A DNA stretch of 64,000 bases, taken from assembly GCA_951406725.2 (NCBI GenBank), contig OX597819.1, forward strand, positions 48,050,001-48,114,000. The letters are read 5' to 3'. A program made the position numbers and the translations under genes. The notes under the pieces were generated by a model. It was not told the DNA's origin, did no database searches, and saw nothing but the letters and a program-made list of their open reading frames with translations. This document shows, piece by piece, positions 1-14,501 of this stretch. The stretch is from Octopus vulgaris (lineage: Eukaryota). Each line of letters begins with the position of its first letter. Positions within the stretch are counted from its first letter, which is position 1.

Positions 1-477
1 ATCATCATCACCATCATAAGTGACTGCATGTATGTAGAGTAAAAAGTAGCCTGTTCTAGATTTATTAACAGAGGTCTTGTTTCTGTGCTCTACTTATTGA
101 GCTTTATCTAAAAATTCTTTCTTGAATTCTCTTATCAAGTTACAAAATTCATTATTTGTCGCATTTGTCATTTGATCATCTCTTTTAACTGTGTATTGTC
201 AACTAATTTGCTTGGGTTTATTATTCCACATCTCTGAAATAAGCATGTATTTGACAATAGTTGATGTTGACAAGTGAAAGTGAGGTGGGGGGAAAAAGAA
301 TGAAAGCTCAGGTAATTAGGAAAGTAGATAAAAAAAATGGAATGTCTTTTTATAAATTTTTGATGGAGTAATTATCTCTTGTTTTGCCTAGTGTTCATTT
401 CAACAGCTCTTACAGAGAACTAAGGTATTTTAGAAGTACATGTTTTTGATCAAGATTCAAAGCTTCATTTCTGGTGA

Positions 478-717
478 GTTGTTATTGTTTAGAATCAGGT
501 CTGTCTGGGTCTAACAGACCAAAGATCAAAAGCCTTTCAGCCATGACCATCCCATCATTTTTCAAGTGTTGTGTACCAATTATTCAATGTTTTCTTCTTT
601 AAAAAAAAAAAAAAAAGAAGAAGAAAAAAAAAATGAAGGTAGGATGAGGTTTTGAGGAAGATTTGGCTGCAATTTAACTGGCCAAGCAATCATGTAGACA
701 CTCCCGCATTGGCTCAA
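478..717 (-). mobile_element. Short non-tRNA retroposon 'family C' copy (structured 5' head, AAC-type tail)
   Basis: Reverse complement reads ttgagccaatgcgggagtgtctacatgattgcttggcc...gcagccaaatcttcctc...gatgggatggtcatggctg...tgatc...ctaaacaataacaac. Homologous to about 11 other loci in the window. Confidence 0.8.
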
Positions 718-3251
718 TCTCAGCTAATTTGAATGTCTAGATGTTGTTTATAAGATTGAATCGTATTTTGCCAATTGTAGTTAACCACCTAACCTTTAAA
801 CATGCTGTTAGAGTTCAACAACCATTTATTTCTCAAAACATGTTGTTATGAGTAATTTTTTTCTTTTTATTTCTTCATTATATAATTTTCAATTAATATA
901 ATTGATTGTGCCAAAAAGTTAAAAAAGAAAACAAAAAAAGATAACTTTACGAAAACAACATGATATTTTTAGCCTTCTGCTAAATATTATTGTTATCGAA
1001 TTTTTTATATCCCAGATTTCATCAGTCATGTTTATTTGTTTCATTTTGTTGAAGCCTGGTGAAATGAAACCATTAATAGAAGATGGTGATGTGTGCATTT
1101 TCATTTTTTAAAGAAACAGAAACCTTTTGAGTATGAAGCACTAGAACATCCTTGATCCTTTGTAACCAATTTATGCTTTCAATTCTATAAAGATGTTAGA
1201 GCTTCCCTCTCATTTTACTTTTATAGAAGAACAGGACAGCTAAGGAAATTTAATTTAACACATGTGAGACAGAAACTAGGGATCTGGTTCAAATACTTGC
1301 AATAAAGTTAGTTCCAATAAATCCATCAAAGCACAAGGTGGTCAGTCTCTAAAAGCAATGCAGCTGTAGAGGCAAGTATATGGTAAATCAAGTTAAAATT
1401 GTGAACTTGATTTACTTTCATCTTCTATTAACTGGTCAATAAAAAAAAAGAGAGAAAGAGAGAATCTTAGCTTGAGTTTCATATCATTCTGGAAGGGCCT
1501 TGATAAATTTTTAATAAGGGAGGATTGATTAATAGAAAATGGAATCAAGAGAAAAGAATTTTAACAGTTCAGGCTGTAAACATTCCTTTTTAAGATTATA
1601 TGTATATAGAATGTTTTCTGTTTGTGTGTGTGAGTGCATGCACATTAGTTGATATCAATGATCAAAATCAAACCAGGGAATCTGATCTTTGTTCAGAATA
1701 TCTGACATTTCTCCTGAAGTAAGGTCGTCTGTCTAGATAACTCCTCCACCCAATCATATCAAAATCATATTGCTACTTTAACTAAAACTTCTGGAGCCTC
1801 TCCCTGAAAACATTAAAAAAAAAAAATTAAAAAAAAAAAAAAAAAAAGCTGCAGGGGCAAGTTTTTGATAAAACAAGTCTGCAACCTGAACTTGATTTCC
1901 TGTTCGAGTCAACCATTTCACTACTTGACTGTTGCTTTTCAAACATGTATGACTGCCACAATATCCTACTCCATTATCTTAAATCTGAATCTTCTTGTTT
2001 ATGTAAGAAACAGTATTGTTATTATGAGCGTGATAACAACCACTTTGCTTTAAATTGAATTTGCAACCCAGTTTCAATTCCCAGCCAGAATCATTATTTA
2101 TTTAACTAGAGAAAAAAATACTTCAGCAATGATCATCATCATTATCATCAACACCACCACCAACACCTGTCTGCTTTCTATGCTGGTATAAGTTGGATAG
2201 ATCGTCATGGTGTGAATCAGTTCTTATTTGGAACCATGTCTCACATATCCTGCATACTAAATAGAAATACAGTGGGTTTCACTTATATAGTATAGTGAGT
2301 AAGAAATATTTTGATCAACTGAGGTAATTCATAGTATTAGTAGAAAAAAAAAATTTCCTCCAAGAGTATTTAAAACCAAAAATCTTTTTTTTTTTTGATA
2401 TGCTAGTTAAAGAGATAACTCATTAAGATTAGTCGATCAAAATTGAAGTGAATCCACCCCAGTCTGCATTGTCTTTTTTATTGTTAGATTTTAAGCTCAA
2501 GTTGGAGGATTTTTTTGTTTGTTAATTGCTTAGATAAATTCAGTCAATGTCAATTTTTCAGTATACTGCATTACATTTGTGAGATTCTGCTCTTACAGTT
2601 GATATTTATTTCTAACATTGGTGCCACACCACCAATTTTGTTGATGTACACCATTACATTGACTTCAGTACTTGACTGGTATTGCATTTTTGTTGGCTTC
2701 TGGATGCTCAACTGAGAAAGTCTTAAGAGATGTAACTAAATACACAAAGTATTTTGTCTGATGCTCTATCATTTCTGCTAATTCAACACTCTTAGCATTC
2801 TTGTAGAAAGTTTTGGCATCACAACTCTATATTTCCCTTCCCCTATAAATATGAAGCATCTTGCTTATGTAAAAATTAATTCCCCTTTCCTATAAATTTC
2901 AACTTCTTGCCTCTCTGAGGAATCTAACAAAACCAATTCATTATAAAATTTGCACAGTAGACTCTCTTTCCGTTTACTTTGTTCTGGCTTCTGTTTCAAG
3001 TAATTGAAATATGAGATATTTAGGATAATAAATTTAACTGGCAAAATCTAGAGTGCTGCATATATTTGATTTCATTAAAACAAATATAATGTTTGAATGA
3101 GAAGCACTTCACGTTTTAGACGGAAACCTTATTGTACTGTAAATAGATAGCTGCAACAATAACATGGGGTCAATGGTTCATTTTTTTTTTTTTTTTTTTT
3201 TTGCTGGTTGTACTTTTTAAACTAGTGGAATAAATATTTTCATAGAAAGTA

Positions 3252-3450
3252 GGCAACAGTAGAATTGGTAGTGTATCAAACGAAGTGTTCTGTCTTTGAA
3301 TCTATTCCAGGTCAACTTTGCCTTTCTTACTTGTGAGATCGATGAAGTAAGTTATGGTTTAGAAATACTGGGGTTGGTATAATTGACCATACTTTTGAAA
3401 GAGGCACTCCAGCTTGGTGTTGACCAGTGACTAAAGCTAGTGAAAAGAGG
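3252..3450 (+). mobile_element. Degenerate SINE B-type copy ending in a SINE A-like tail; a SINE A head follows at ~3470-3600
   Basis: aggtcaactttgcctttc...tactggggttggtataattgac core, then ggcactccagc...gactaaagctagtgaaaag. Confidence 0.6.
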
Positions 3451-4663
3451 AATATGTTTCATAACTTAAGGTGCAGATGTGCCTGTATGGTTTTGGGTTC
3501 AGTTCCATTGTGTGGTTCCTTCAGTAAATATATCTTCTATGATAACCCTGGGTCTTGTGAGTGAAATTTGGAAACTATGGAAGCCCATCACATGTGTCTA
3601 TGTGTCAATAGCAAATGTTGAGATTCCTTGGCTTTGCTTGACAGCATTTGAGCAAAATGGTGTTATTTAGATAGAAAGATGACAATAAAGGAAAGTAAGT
3701 TTATTCCTTATTTTCATTTTAAACCCTGAAATTTCATTGGAAAATTTGAATTATAGAGTAAAATGTAAATGAAACCATTGAAGCATGTATAAAGATATAT
3801 AAGCATTGCAAGAATGTGTGCTTGCAATTTGGAATTTTAATTGTTGAGAGAGGTTTCATAGCTTCTACAGTATACTCTATGGTGTACTCTATTAAATGTA
3901 TAACATGTAAGAGATCTTACATCAGTATCTCCACAGCAACCATAATACTGAAACTATGGATTTTACCAAAGTCTTCAGTAGTTTATTGATTGATTTGAAT
4001 ATTACACCCTGCCTATCCTTGCCTCATTGTGCTTCTCTGCATTTGTCCAAATGGATTTGGTATTGGTTATAGTTTACTTCTCATTTCAAATTATTCATTC
4101 CTAAATTAGAGCTTGTTAAAGCTGAAATATTAAATAAATTCATGGTTTTTCTCTAACTTTATTGGCTTTTACTGCCTTCTTATTTCTAAGCTGAAATGGC
4201 AGTATTTCAAGTAAATTACAATGTGTTAAGTGTTATTATTACTAACAGTAACCATGGAGATCCCTTGGTTATTTTGAAAACTTTAACATCATTGCAACTT
4301 TATAGAGAACCATGAAATACATAATTTCTTTTGAAATTATATTCATTCTGTAGTGTCTTGATTCCTGAGATGATGTAGAGTTTCATAAGTAGTATTGAAG
4401 GTGCAGTCTAAAGAGACATCCTTGAAAAACTATATTTCTTTGTTATATACTGGTTGCATTTTCTGCCTGGAATGTTGTTTGTCAAATTTACCCTGACATC
4501 AAAAAGTAAACAAAACTTTAACAAATCTTAATATGCTGTACTACATTCTCAGTTTTGTATTAGAGAAAAGTGCATGAAGCTGGACTTGTATCTACTTGCC
4601 CGGTGAATAAATTACAGTAGCTGTCTCACTGAGCTGTAGATTTTGAGAGAAATATATCAGTAA

Positions 4664-4665
<2 letters not shown>

Positions 4666-4719
<54 letters not shown>
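4666..4719. repeat. (CT)n(CA)n microsatellite
   Basis: Directly visible. Confidence 0.95.
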
Positions 4720-5035
4720 GATTATTTCGCTGATCTTATTTCATATTTTAGTCAAATTACCATACAAACAATATAGATGTACATAACAGATTATCTTTAT
4801 TTTTGTTCCATAGCATTATATACATAGACCATAGTATAAACATGTTATAGATTATTGTTAAGGCAGGGAATTAGATAAATGATGATGATGTTATCGACTC
4901 TTAACTCTCACCAAATTTCTAGCCATGTTCCTATGAAAGAAATTGATATTATATTATTCTGTCTGTGTATATAAAATGCTCTCTCCTGTCTTTTCTGTCT
5001 TTTATTATGCCCATATGGCAGATATAGAAATGATA

Positions 5036-5192
5036 ATTGTTGTTTAACTCGCAGTTCAGACCCCATCTTTTTCCTATGCTCAGTGCACCAGAGACTACAT
5101 TATCCAATGTGGCCTTTGTTTTCTTAAAATGATGAGAGTGTGATTTGAGTGATCAGTAGGTCAAGTTAAGTGACTGCAGACACCTTCAGCTC
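5036..5192 (-). mobile_element. Family C copy (internally deleted)
   Basis: ttgtttaac...cccatctttt...gactacattatccaatgtggcc...gtgtgatttgag matches the family consensus. Confidence 0.7.
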
Positions 5193-5696
5193 AAAAGAAT
5201 TATTGTTGCTAAGATATGCATCATGAAATAATGTTTAGGCTTTTGAAAAATTCAGTCTGCTACATATCTCAGCTTCTGATTGGTATACATTTACTGTATG
5301 TTACTCATATATTTTGAGAAAAGGAAGAAGAATAAAAAAAATACCCTGAACATCACATCTTACTCTGTTCAGTCAAAGCTAATTTACAGGTTCTGAGTGG
5401 CGAGGTCTTTGTTTGTTTCTTTTTTAAATTCTAAAACCCTCTCCTTTGTTTTTAATCAGTGTCCTTCAAGAAATGGAATTGAATATTCCTTGAGATAACA
5501 ATTAAAGAAATTGTCTTCCTGTAACTTGAGTGGCCATTGCTCATCAACACTAATTTTGATTTGATTTTGAAGTGCCTGTTTATAGGGAGCTTGAAAACTT
5601 ACAAAAAATTTATTGTATCAATAATTTGGGGGAACAAATATTTACAAGCAGATGATTAAAAATTTAACTATTATTCCAATGAAAATTAGTTTAGAT

Positions 5697-5980
5697 CAGT
5701 GGTTCTCAATCATTTAAAAATCTATGGACCCTTTTGTTTACTATTTCATTCTGGTGGACCCCCATAGACATTCAATGTTTAAAAATTAATTTTATAGATA
5801 CTTCTTTCAAAATTCCTATTTTGTTATTCACACATTCAGAAACCCAACAGTTTCTTGCAATACATACTTTTAATTCAAAGCTTTCCATGGACCTTAAAAT
5901 ACTGCTGTGGATCCCCAATTTACTAATTTGCTACTGTAGACGCCCAAAAATCTTATATGGACCCCAGTTGAGAATCACTC
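5697..5980. mobile_element. hAT (Charlie-like) MITE, 284 bp
   Basis: TIR cagtggttctcaa / ttgagaatcactc; 8-bp TSD gtttagat/atttagat; repeated subterminal tggaccc motifs. Confidence 0.85.
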
Positions 5981-6789
5981 ATTTAGATAAAAGGACTACA
6001 TTATTTAGTTTGGATAGGTTACATTATTTAGAGCAAGAAATGCCAGTTAGTCAGTAGTGACTAACATTCACTACCTCTCCTCAATCTTTGAGGGATAGCT
6101 TCATCTCAGCCCATTTCTCAACCTATTTGTAACCTCAATTTAGTTTCTATTCCTTTAGGGGTCCAGTCCAAGCAAGATCCCAAGAACCATAGTTGATATA
6201 TCTGTCCAGTACCTACTGATACTGTCTGACAGTATGGACTTGCATTCCCAGGTGGCAAACAGCATACCTGCTGGCTTGTATTGGTTAATCTTTGCTCTTT
6301 TCATGCCCTCAGATTCCTTTAGAAAAGCGATGACCTCCTTCACTCTTTTGGAGTCCAACATTACAATGATTTCTGCATATACCAACTTGATTCTCTTATA
6401 TTCCAGTTTTAACAGAGTACTCCCCTCACACAATAGTGGCCTGAAAGTTAATACATACAGAAGGGTTAAGAATGAACACTCTTGACCAACTGTCAAATGA
6501 TTGTTAGCTCTGTGTTGTTTTTTTTTTAATTCCTCTACAATAAAAAAAAAATCACTTACTTGAAAAATAAATAAAGGTTGGTGACAATAAAATTTCATTC
6601 AACCAATTCCAAGGTTAATTTAAAAGCACCGAGCCAGCAGACAAGTTGTTAACAGAAAATATCACCAAACATCATCAGTTGCAGCTCAATCACAAATGGT
6701 GTGGAGAACATTTTTAGCTGAGCTGCAAACAGTGACATTAGTTCAGCAAAGTTTTTTTTTTTTTCAACATTTACAATGACACACACATG

Positions 6790-6985
6790 TGCATGCACAA
6801 CCCACATACACACACGTTTGCACCCACATATGGCAATCTTCCTTCAGTTTCCTTCTATCAAATTCCCTCACAAGCAATTGGTTAGCTCAGAGTTGTAGTA
6901 GAAGACACATGCACACGGTGCTGTGCAAGGGGACTGAATTTAAATTTACATGGTTGGGGAGCAACTTATTAATCACTCAAATATA
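6790..6985 (-). mobile_element. SINE A 5' half (degenerate)
   Basis: ttcagtttcc...aaattccctcacaag...tagtagaagacac...ggactgaa is the reverse of the SINE A head. Confidence 0.7.
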
Positions 6986-7011
6986 CAATAACCTTCTACT
7001 ACTGCTACAGT

Positions 7012-7312
7012 GGAGGCACATGGCCTAGTGGTTAGAGAAGCAGACTCGCGGTTGAGAGATCGCGAGTTCGAATCTCAGACCGGGCGATGTGTGTGTTTAT
7101 GAACGAAACACCTAAGCTCCACGCGGATCCGGCAGAAGGTAATGGCTAACTTCTGCTGACTCTTTCACCACAACACTCTCTCACTCTTTCCTACTGCATC
7201 TTGTAGCTCACCTGCGATGGACTGGCGTCCCATCCAGGTGGGGAATCTATACGCCAAGGAAACCAGGAAGCCGGCCCTTATGAGCCAGGCATGGCTTGAG
7301 AAGGAAGAAACA
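7012..7312 (+). mobile_element. Full-length tRNA-headed SINE (family D) with a Meta/V-like central domain
   Basis: A box tggcctagtgg, B box gagttcgaatct, domain cctgcgatggactggcgtcccatccagg. ~14-bp TSD actactgctacagt (6998-7011) / actattgctacact (7313-7326). CpGs retained. Confidence 0.88.
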
Positions 7313-7649
7313 ACTATTGCTACACTAACTCAAATCAGTAAATGCGCATGTAATTTTTGGATACCTAGAACAAAGAATGTTTGATGTTTACGAGGCTTAC
7401 TAAAATATCTGACCATTGCATTTAACTAACCTCTTGTATACTATATACTCAAGTAGATATATAATTTCGGGAATTTCCAAACAGTGACTGAGAATCTAAA
7501 TATTTGCTTCTGTCTTATTGGTCACAAGTTCAGAACTCAGCTACAAAGTCTCAGTGAGCTAGTTATGAAATAGAAACAGATTTCATGTTTAAACCATGTT
7601 AGCATGCAAAAACAGGCATAAAATGAAACAAAATAATATATCATTATCA

Positions 7650-8078
7650 ATCATCATCATCATCATCATCATCATCGATTTTTATATCTGTTTTACCATA
7701 TTGTCATTGGGTAAATGAAATGTTATTGAGGCAGATTTTTTATGGCCAGATGGTCTTTCTGTTGCCAAACTCTTTTTTTAAGTAAGCTATTTTTCTCTTC
7801 ACTACTTGTTACATGTCCAGTAATCTACAGACCAATATTGTTCACTGCAGAAAATAAACAATGTTAGATTATGTGAATGACAATATTTTGAATTGACACA
7901 CATGTACATATGCTTGGCAGAGCTTCTTCATAGTTTTTTCCTACCAGTTTCAGTCACAAGGTATTAGTTGGTTCAAAGATATGATACAAGACACCAGACC
8001 ACAGTGCCATGCAATGGAACTGAACTCAGTCATATGGTTACAATGCAAACTTCATAATCACACAGCCATACATGTGCC
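7650..8078 (-). mobile_element. SINE A head with RTE-like (GAT)n tail (degenerate)
   Basis: (CAT)n run, gaggcagattttttatggccagatg, and a reverse SINE A head at ~7925-8078. Confidence 0.6.
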
Positions 8079-8094
8079 TTTAGAGTGTAAGTAC

Positions 8095-8997
8095 CTTGAG
8101 AGAAATGTTGGACCTAAGAAGCATCAGATGTGGTGTGCAAGACAGACGACTGCGCTGGTATGGTCATGTGGCGAGAATGGATGAGGATAGCTGTGTGAAA
8201 AAGTGCCACACCCTAGCAGTTGAGGGAACCTGTGGAAGACCTGGGATGAAGTGGTGAAGCACAACCTTCGAACTTTAGGCCTCACCAAGGAAATGACTAG
8301 TGACCGAGACTTTTGGAAATATGGCTGTGCGTGAGAAAACCCGGCAAGCCAAATGAGACCGTAATCTCGTGGCCTATGCCAGGGGCGTAACCAGCCTACT
8401 TATGTGTACCTTTTCCTTCTTTGGTCGCTAAAACTCTGCTTGTGAAGACCTTTTGAGGCAAGTGAAATCAAAATCAAAATCGATGACTGGCATCCGTGCT
8501 AGCAGGGTGCAAGGAGCACATACAAATGTGATCATTTACAGAGCAGCTAACCGGCTTCTGTGCCAGTGACACTTAAAAGGCACTATTTGAGTGTGATCGT
8601 TACCAGTGTCGCCTTACTGGCACTCGAGCCCCGTGCTAGTAGGGTATTAAGCGCACCATCCGAGTGTGATCATTGCCAGAGCAGCTACCTGGCCTCTATG
8701 CCAGTGGCACGTAAATGACACCATCCGATCCGAGCGTGATCGTTACCAGCATCGTCTTATTGGCACCTATGCCAGTGGCATGTGTAAAAGATTTGAGTGA
8801 GGCTGTTGCCAGTACTGCCTGACTGGCACGTAAAAACACCCACTGCACTCTCAGAGTGGTTGATGTTAGGAAGGGCATCCAGCTGTAGAAACTCTGCCAG
8901 ATCAAGATTGGAGCCTGGTGCAGCCATCTGGTTCACCAGCCCTCAGTCAAATCGTCCAACCCATGGTAGCATGGAAAGCGGACGTTAAACGATGATG

Positions 8998-8999
<2 letters not shown>
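8095..8999 (+). mobile_element. RTE-clade LINE 3' end (ORF C-terminus, 3'UTR, GAT tail)
   Basis: Translates as DLRSIRCGVQDRRLRWYGHVARMDEDSCVKKCHTLAVEGTCG...TWDEVVKHNLRTLGL (RTE RLRWxGHVxRM motif). Ends ggacgttaaacgatgatgat. Confidence 0.9.
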
Positions 9000-10142
<1,143 letters not shown>

Positions 10143-10328
10143 TTCTTTTTTTATATGTATATGGGTGTATAAAATTTTTTAAGCAGTGTTAATATGTGAA
10201 CAGGAAATGTTAAATGTAAATTAAAAATGTAGAAACTTTTCCAAAGATAACTACAGAGATTCTACATACCCCATTCAACTAATCAACATACCAATCCTAA
10301 TGTTTTAAGCACTTCATTGACAAAATTG

Positions 10329-10540
10329 TTAAAGCTAATGAGGGGAGCCTCTATGTAATAACTTAACCTGCTAGAAATAGCAACCAAATTCTCCTCAAAT
10401 CACATTCAACTTCTTAAATTGGCAGTATGCATTCTTTAATACCACTAACGAGATGGGATAATAATAGCTAGGATACCTTTGATCATAGATTTACTCAATC
10501 AAGTTTGACCTGGAATTAAATAACAGCAGTAGCAACAGCA
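10329..10540 (+). mobile_element. Family C copy (sense to EPC)
   Basis: aagctaatgaggggagcctctatgt...cctgctagaaatagcaaccaaattctcctc...tttgatcatag...tgacctggaattaaataacagcag. Confidence 0.85.
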
Positions 10541-13500
10541 AGATGGTCAATTTAAAGATAGATTGGCTTAAACCCAGAAACTGTCTGTATGAAGAAATTA
10601 AATCTAATAAACTTATTGGATTTAATATGAAGTTAATGGTTTGAAGTTTTCTTCTGCTCTCTAATTGATTTGGATTTAGTTCCAGCAAAAGTTGACCTGG
10701 AACTTTCAGTTGTCTTGGTTCATTGAAGTAAGTACTAGTGTTAAATTAGATCAATGGCTTCTAACCCCCTTTTTATAGCTCAGAACCTCCATCCAACATG
10801 TATGTGTGTCTCTTCCCTCTTCTCTTCTTTTTCACCCCCCCCCCCATCTCTGGACCTGTACTTTGTGTCAAATTTTTATTAAATGCAAGGACTTAGGTAA
10901 TAAAATTATCGGACCTTGGTCATATTTTTTCTCACTAATAACACAATACCCTTCCTATTCACATTCTAATTGCAACAAAGATTTTTAAAAAAAAAGTGCT
11001 TAAAAGAGTGATTGTCTTTGAACTCGTGTTCGTCCTCCTCCCTCCACTAATTGGCAGCCAGTGTTGGTTAGTTTATGTTCCTATAACTTAGCAGTTCTGC
11101 TACAGAGTACTACAATTTCTTTGAATAACCCCTTCAAGGTGGTCTAGCAACTGAAACAGGTAGCACACACACAAACACACACACACACACACATTGTATC
11201 TGATTTAAAATATTTTATTTCTAAGAGAAATCAAAAGATCCCAACCCTTCTTAACTCTGAGTGCTCCTTGGCACCCCATTGATATATTTGCCACCTGCTT
11301 TGTGAGGTCACAATGCCCACAAGAAGGTACTATAGTTTAAGAACCACTGAATTAGATGACGGGTCAACATAAAAAATGTATCTTGGGTTTGTAGGTGAAC
11401 ACTAAAATCTAATGTTTATTTGTAGTGTCAAGTTTATCAATTGGTAGCAAGTTTAAGATGAGAACCAAGTATTTGTGGTTTTATCAATCAGAGTTGAGCT
11501 TTGCTAACCAACCAGAGAATAGATAAGACAAGCCAAGTTCTCCTTGTTTTTATTTTATTTTCATGGAAAGCATTTACTTAGCTAATTGTATCTAAGTCTA
11601 TTTTGCTTCTGTATTTTCTGTGTAGTATTATTAAATGTTATCTTTTGATTAAAATGTCAAAATAGTCAATTTGAAGCAGCTGTCTTTTAAAAAGATGTTT
11701 AAGAAGTAATGTTGTTTGTAATAGATATTAGTGCATGATTTTCCTGTCAAGATACGCCACCTACCTACTTAATTATATTCCAATAATGTTGATGATATAA
11801 CAACGACCGTTACCATCTCTATCATGGTCGAACATATTGATGATTTGTAATTGCAAACTGTGTTATCAGCTTAGAAGTAAAGCATACAGAAATTTGTTTA
11901 ATGAAAAATAGATATGAAATTGCCTTTAAGCATTGATGCAAGATTGATTGACAAAACCGATCATTTGAAGAAAGCACTCTATAATGATACTTGTTGCCAA
12001 GCCAACAAGGGTATTCAAATGAGATTTTGCTTTAACTCTTAATATTCTTGAGAAAGCATGAACTAGTTTTTATTCATTCTAAGAACGTGTGCAAGCCTAA
12101 AGCTAAAATTAGCATTCGATAGGCATTTTGCTTGGAAAATGATTTCACTGGTTGTATGGATACAAGCGTCATTCAATATTCACTGACTGGCAAAGGATAA
12201 TTTAAAATTTTTTTTTTCATTGATATTACTTGGTTTAGCTTCCATTATCATGCTGTACATATTTCAACAGCTCTAGATTTATAATTATGTAGCGAATTTG
12301 ATCATTGCTGAATTTCTGTTAGAGTGTGCATGCTGACTATTCTAGCAATGACTGGTATTGGTTGCTGTTATTATTCTTTTCTCTTCTGTAATATCACAGT
12401 AATTCATTCGGTTGAGTTTCTTGGATTGAGATATCACTTAATACACTGACTAGAATTGTCTTCTTAAAACCTCTTCTTATCTGCCTACCTACCTGTTATG
12501 TGTTCTTGTTAAGTAGATGCTGATTAGTTTTTCTCTTGCCTTAAGCATGCTTGAGTATACTGCACTTTGAAGTGAATTGTAGACAATTCTTTTTTATACT
12601 TAACTGAAGAATCTATAATTGCTTATGAATCAGTTTTTCTATTATGTTCCTATTCCCCTTACGTAATATTTTTTAGTCCATATCTACCATCAATGACAGA
12701 CAGCTTGAGTAAGATAGCTAGTCTCTGATTACAATAAACTACATTATTATATTACACAAAGCAATACAAACAGCATAAAATGAGATTTGAACATGGTATG
12801 AATCCTCTTAGCTGTGCTAGCCTTTTGTTGTCTTTAAAATTTGAAATATTGTTTGCAATTCTTAATATTTATGCATAATTCCTTATTCTTTTTCTAATTT
12901 GGATGATACTGGTAATGTTTAAAATCCCTTTAATACATGACTCACTAGATGTGACGTGGGTGTCATAGAAGTTGAATTATTTCAGTAGCTGCTATATAGT
13001 ATATTCATTTAGTTTTCGCTTTTCTTGTTTTTACATCCTCTTATTACTCTATTTCACTTTATTTTAATTATTAAGTAGGTTATAAACTGTATCTAGGTTA
13101 TTTATTGTATCCACATTGTGTTAAATCACCTGCACAAGTCCTGATATCAAACCCTAAGGTATTGAATTGTGTCTCTAGAGAGGATATACTACTTTGTTTA
13201 GTCTAACTTGCTAAACTAGAAGCTATCCACGACACCTCACTGTTGAATAGCAAGCATTAGAATACTTCTCATATATAAAAATAAATATCTATCCGATATA
13301 TTTACATATTGTAGAACCACCTGACTCTTACTAATGTAAGCTTAAGACCTTTGAAAGAAATTTATTGTGTGTGTGTGTAGGAATATAATAGACAAAAAAA
13401 GAAATCATCTGTTCACAGCTTTACTATAAAACTTAGAAACCATTAATCAGTATTGGTCATTGATAGTTGTTCTTTAATTCTTTTGACAAGAAATGTTTTG

Positions 13501-13701
13501 GCCTTATGTGACCTTCTCAGCTAAGACTTCTGTTCTTGCCAAAGTAGTGATGGAAGAATCACATAGTAAATAGGTCTTATATTCATTAGTGAAACACAAA
13601 GCAGTTGACTGCATTGTGCTTTACTAATGTAGTTGAATAAGACAAAAGCTTGGAATTCTTTCTTGTATTTGCTGGAAGAATCAAAATAATATTGTTAGTT
13701 T

Positions 13702-14010
13702 AGGTGCAGGCATGGTTTCAGGTTCAGTCCCACTGTGTGGCATGCTGGGCAAGTATCTTCTACTATAACCTCAGCTGATCAATGTTTTGTGAATGAATTT
13801 GGTAGATGGAAACTGTGGAAGCCCATTGTGTGTGTGTGTATGTGTGTTTGTGCTAGTGTTTGCCCACCCTCCATTGCTTGGCAACCATTGGTTTGTTTTT
13901 GTCCCCATAACTTAGAAGTTTGGCAAAAGACACTGATAGAAAATATACTAGACTTAAAAATAAGCAGTGGGGTTGATTTGCTCTGCTCTTACTGAAACAA
14001 GTAAAAGTTT
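13702..14010 (+). mobile_element. SINE A copy
   Basis: B-box-like ggttcagtcc, gggcaagtatcttctactata, internal (GT)n, tail actgaaacaagtaaaag. Confidence 0.85.
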
Positions 14011-14239
14011 TAAAAAAAAAAGATAATGTTTTTTTCCCCCCTTCAGCTTATAATATTTCTAGTTGGTTTTGTGATGCTCTCTACATTACATTGTTAGCAC
14101 TAAATTTCCGTTTTTTGGGGGGTGGCGGGTGAAACTTCTCGTTTCTCACTGTGTTAGTACATGCACAGTTTGTCAATACCAGCAGATTTCAACAACACTG
14201 ACAATGGTGAAATCTACTCATAACTTCAAGTCACTTTAA

Positions 14240-14470
14240 CCCTAACTAGCCATATCTGGCCCAAATATTCTACCTGTTTTATTTATCCTACAATGCCATT
14301 CTAAAAATAAACAGGTACAGGAGTGGTTGTGTGGTAAGAAGCTTGGTTCCCAGCCTCATGGGTCCGGGTTCAGTTCTACTGCGTGACACCTTGAGTGTTT
14401 TTTACTACAGCCTCGGGCTGACCAAAGCCTTGTGAGTGGATTTGGTAGATGGAAACTGAAAGAAGCCTGT

Positions 14471-14501
<31 letters not shown>

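Noticed and set aside
6155-6598. 147-aa minus-strand ORF
   Set aside because: No recognisable domain or splice context. Possibly a decayed LINE ORF1 piece, but I cannot support a call.
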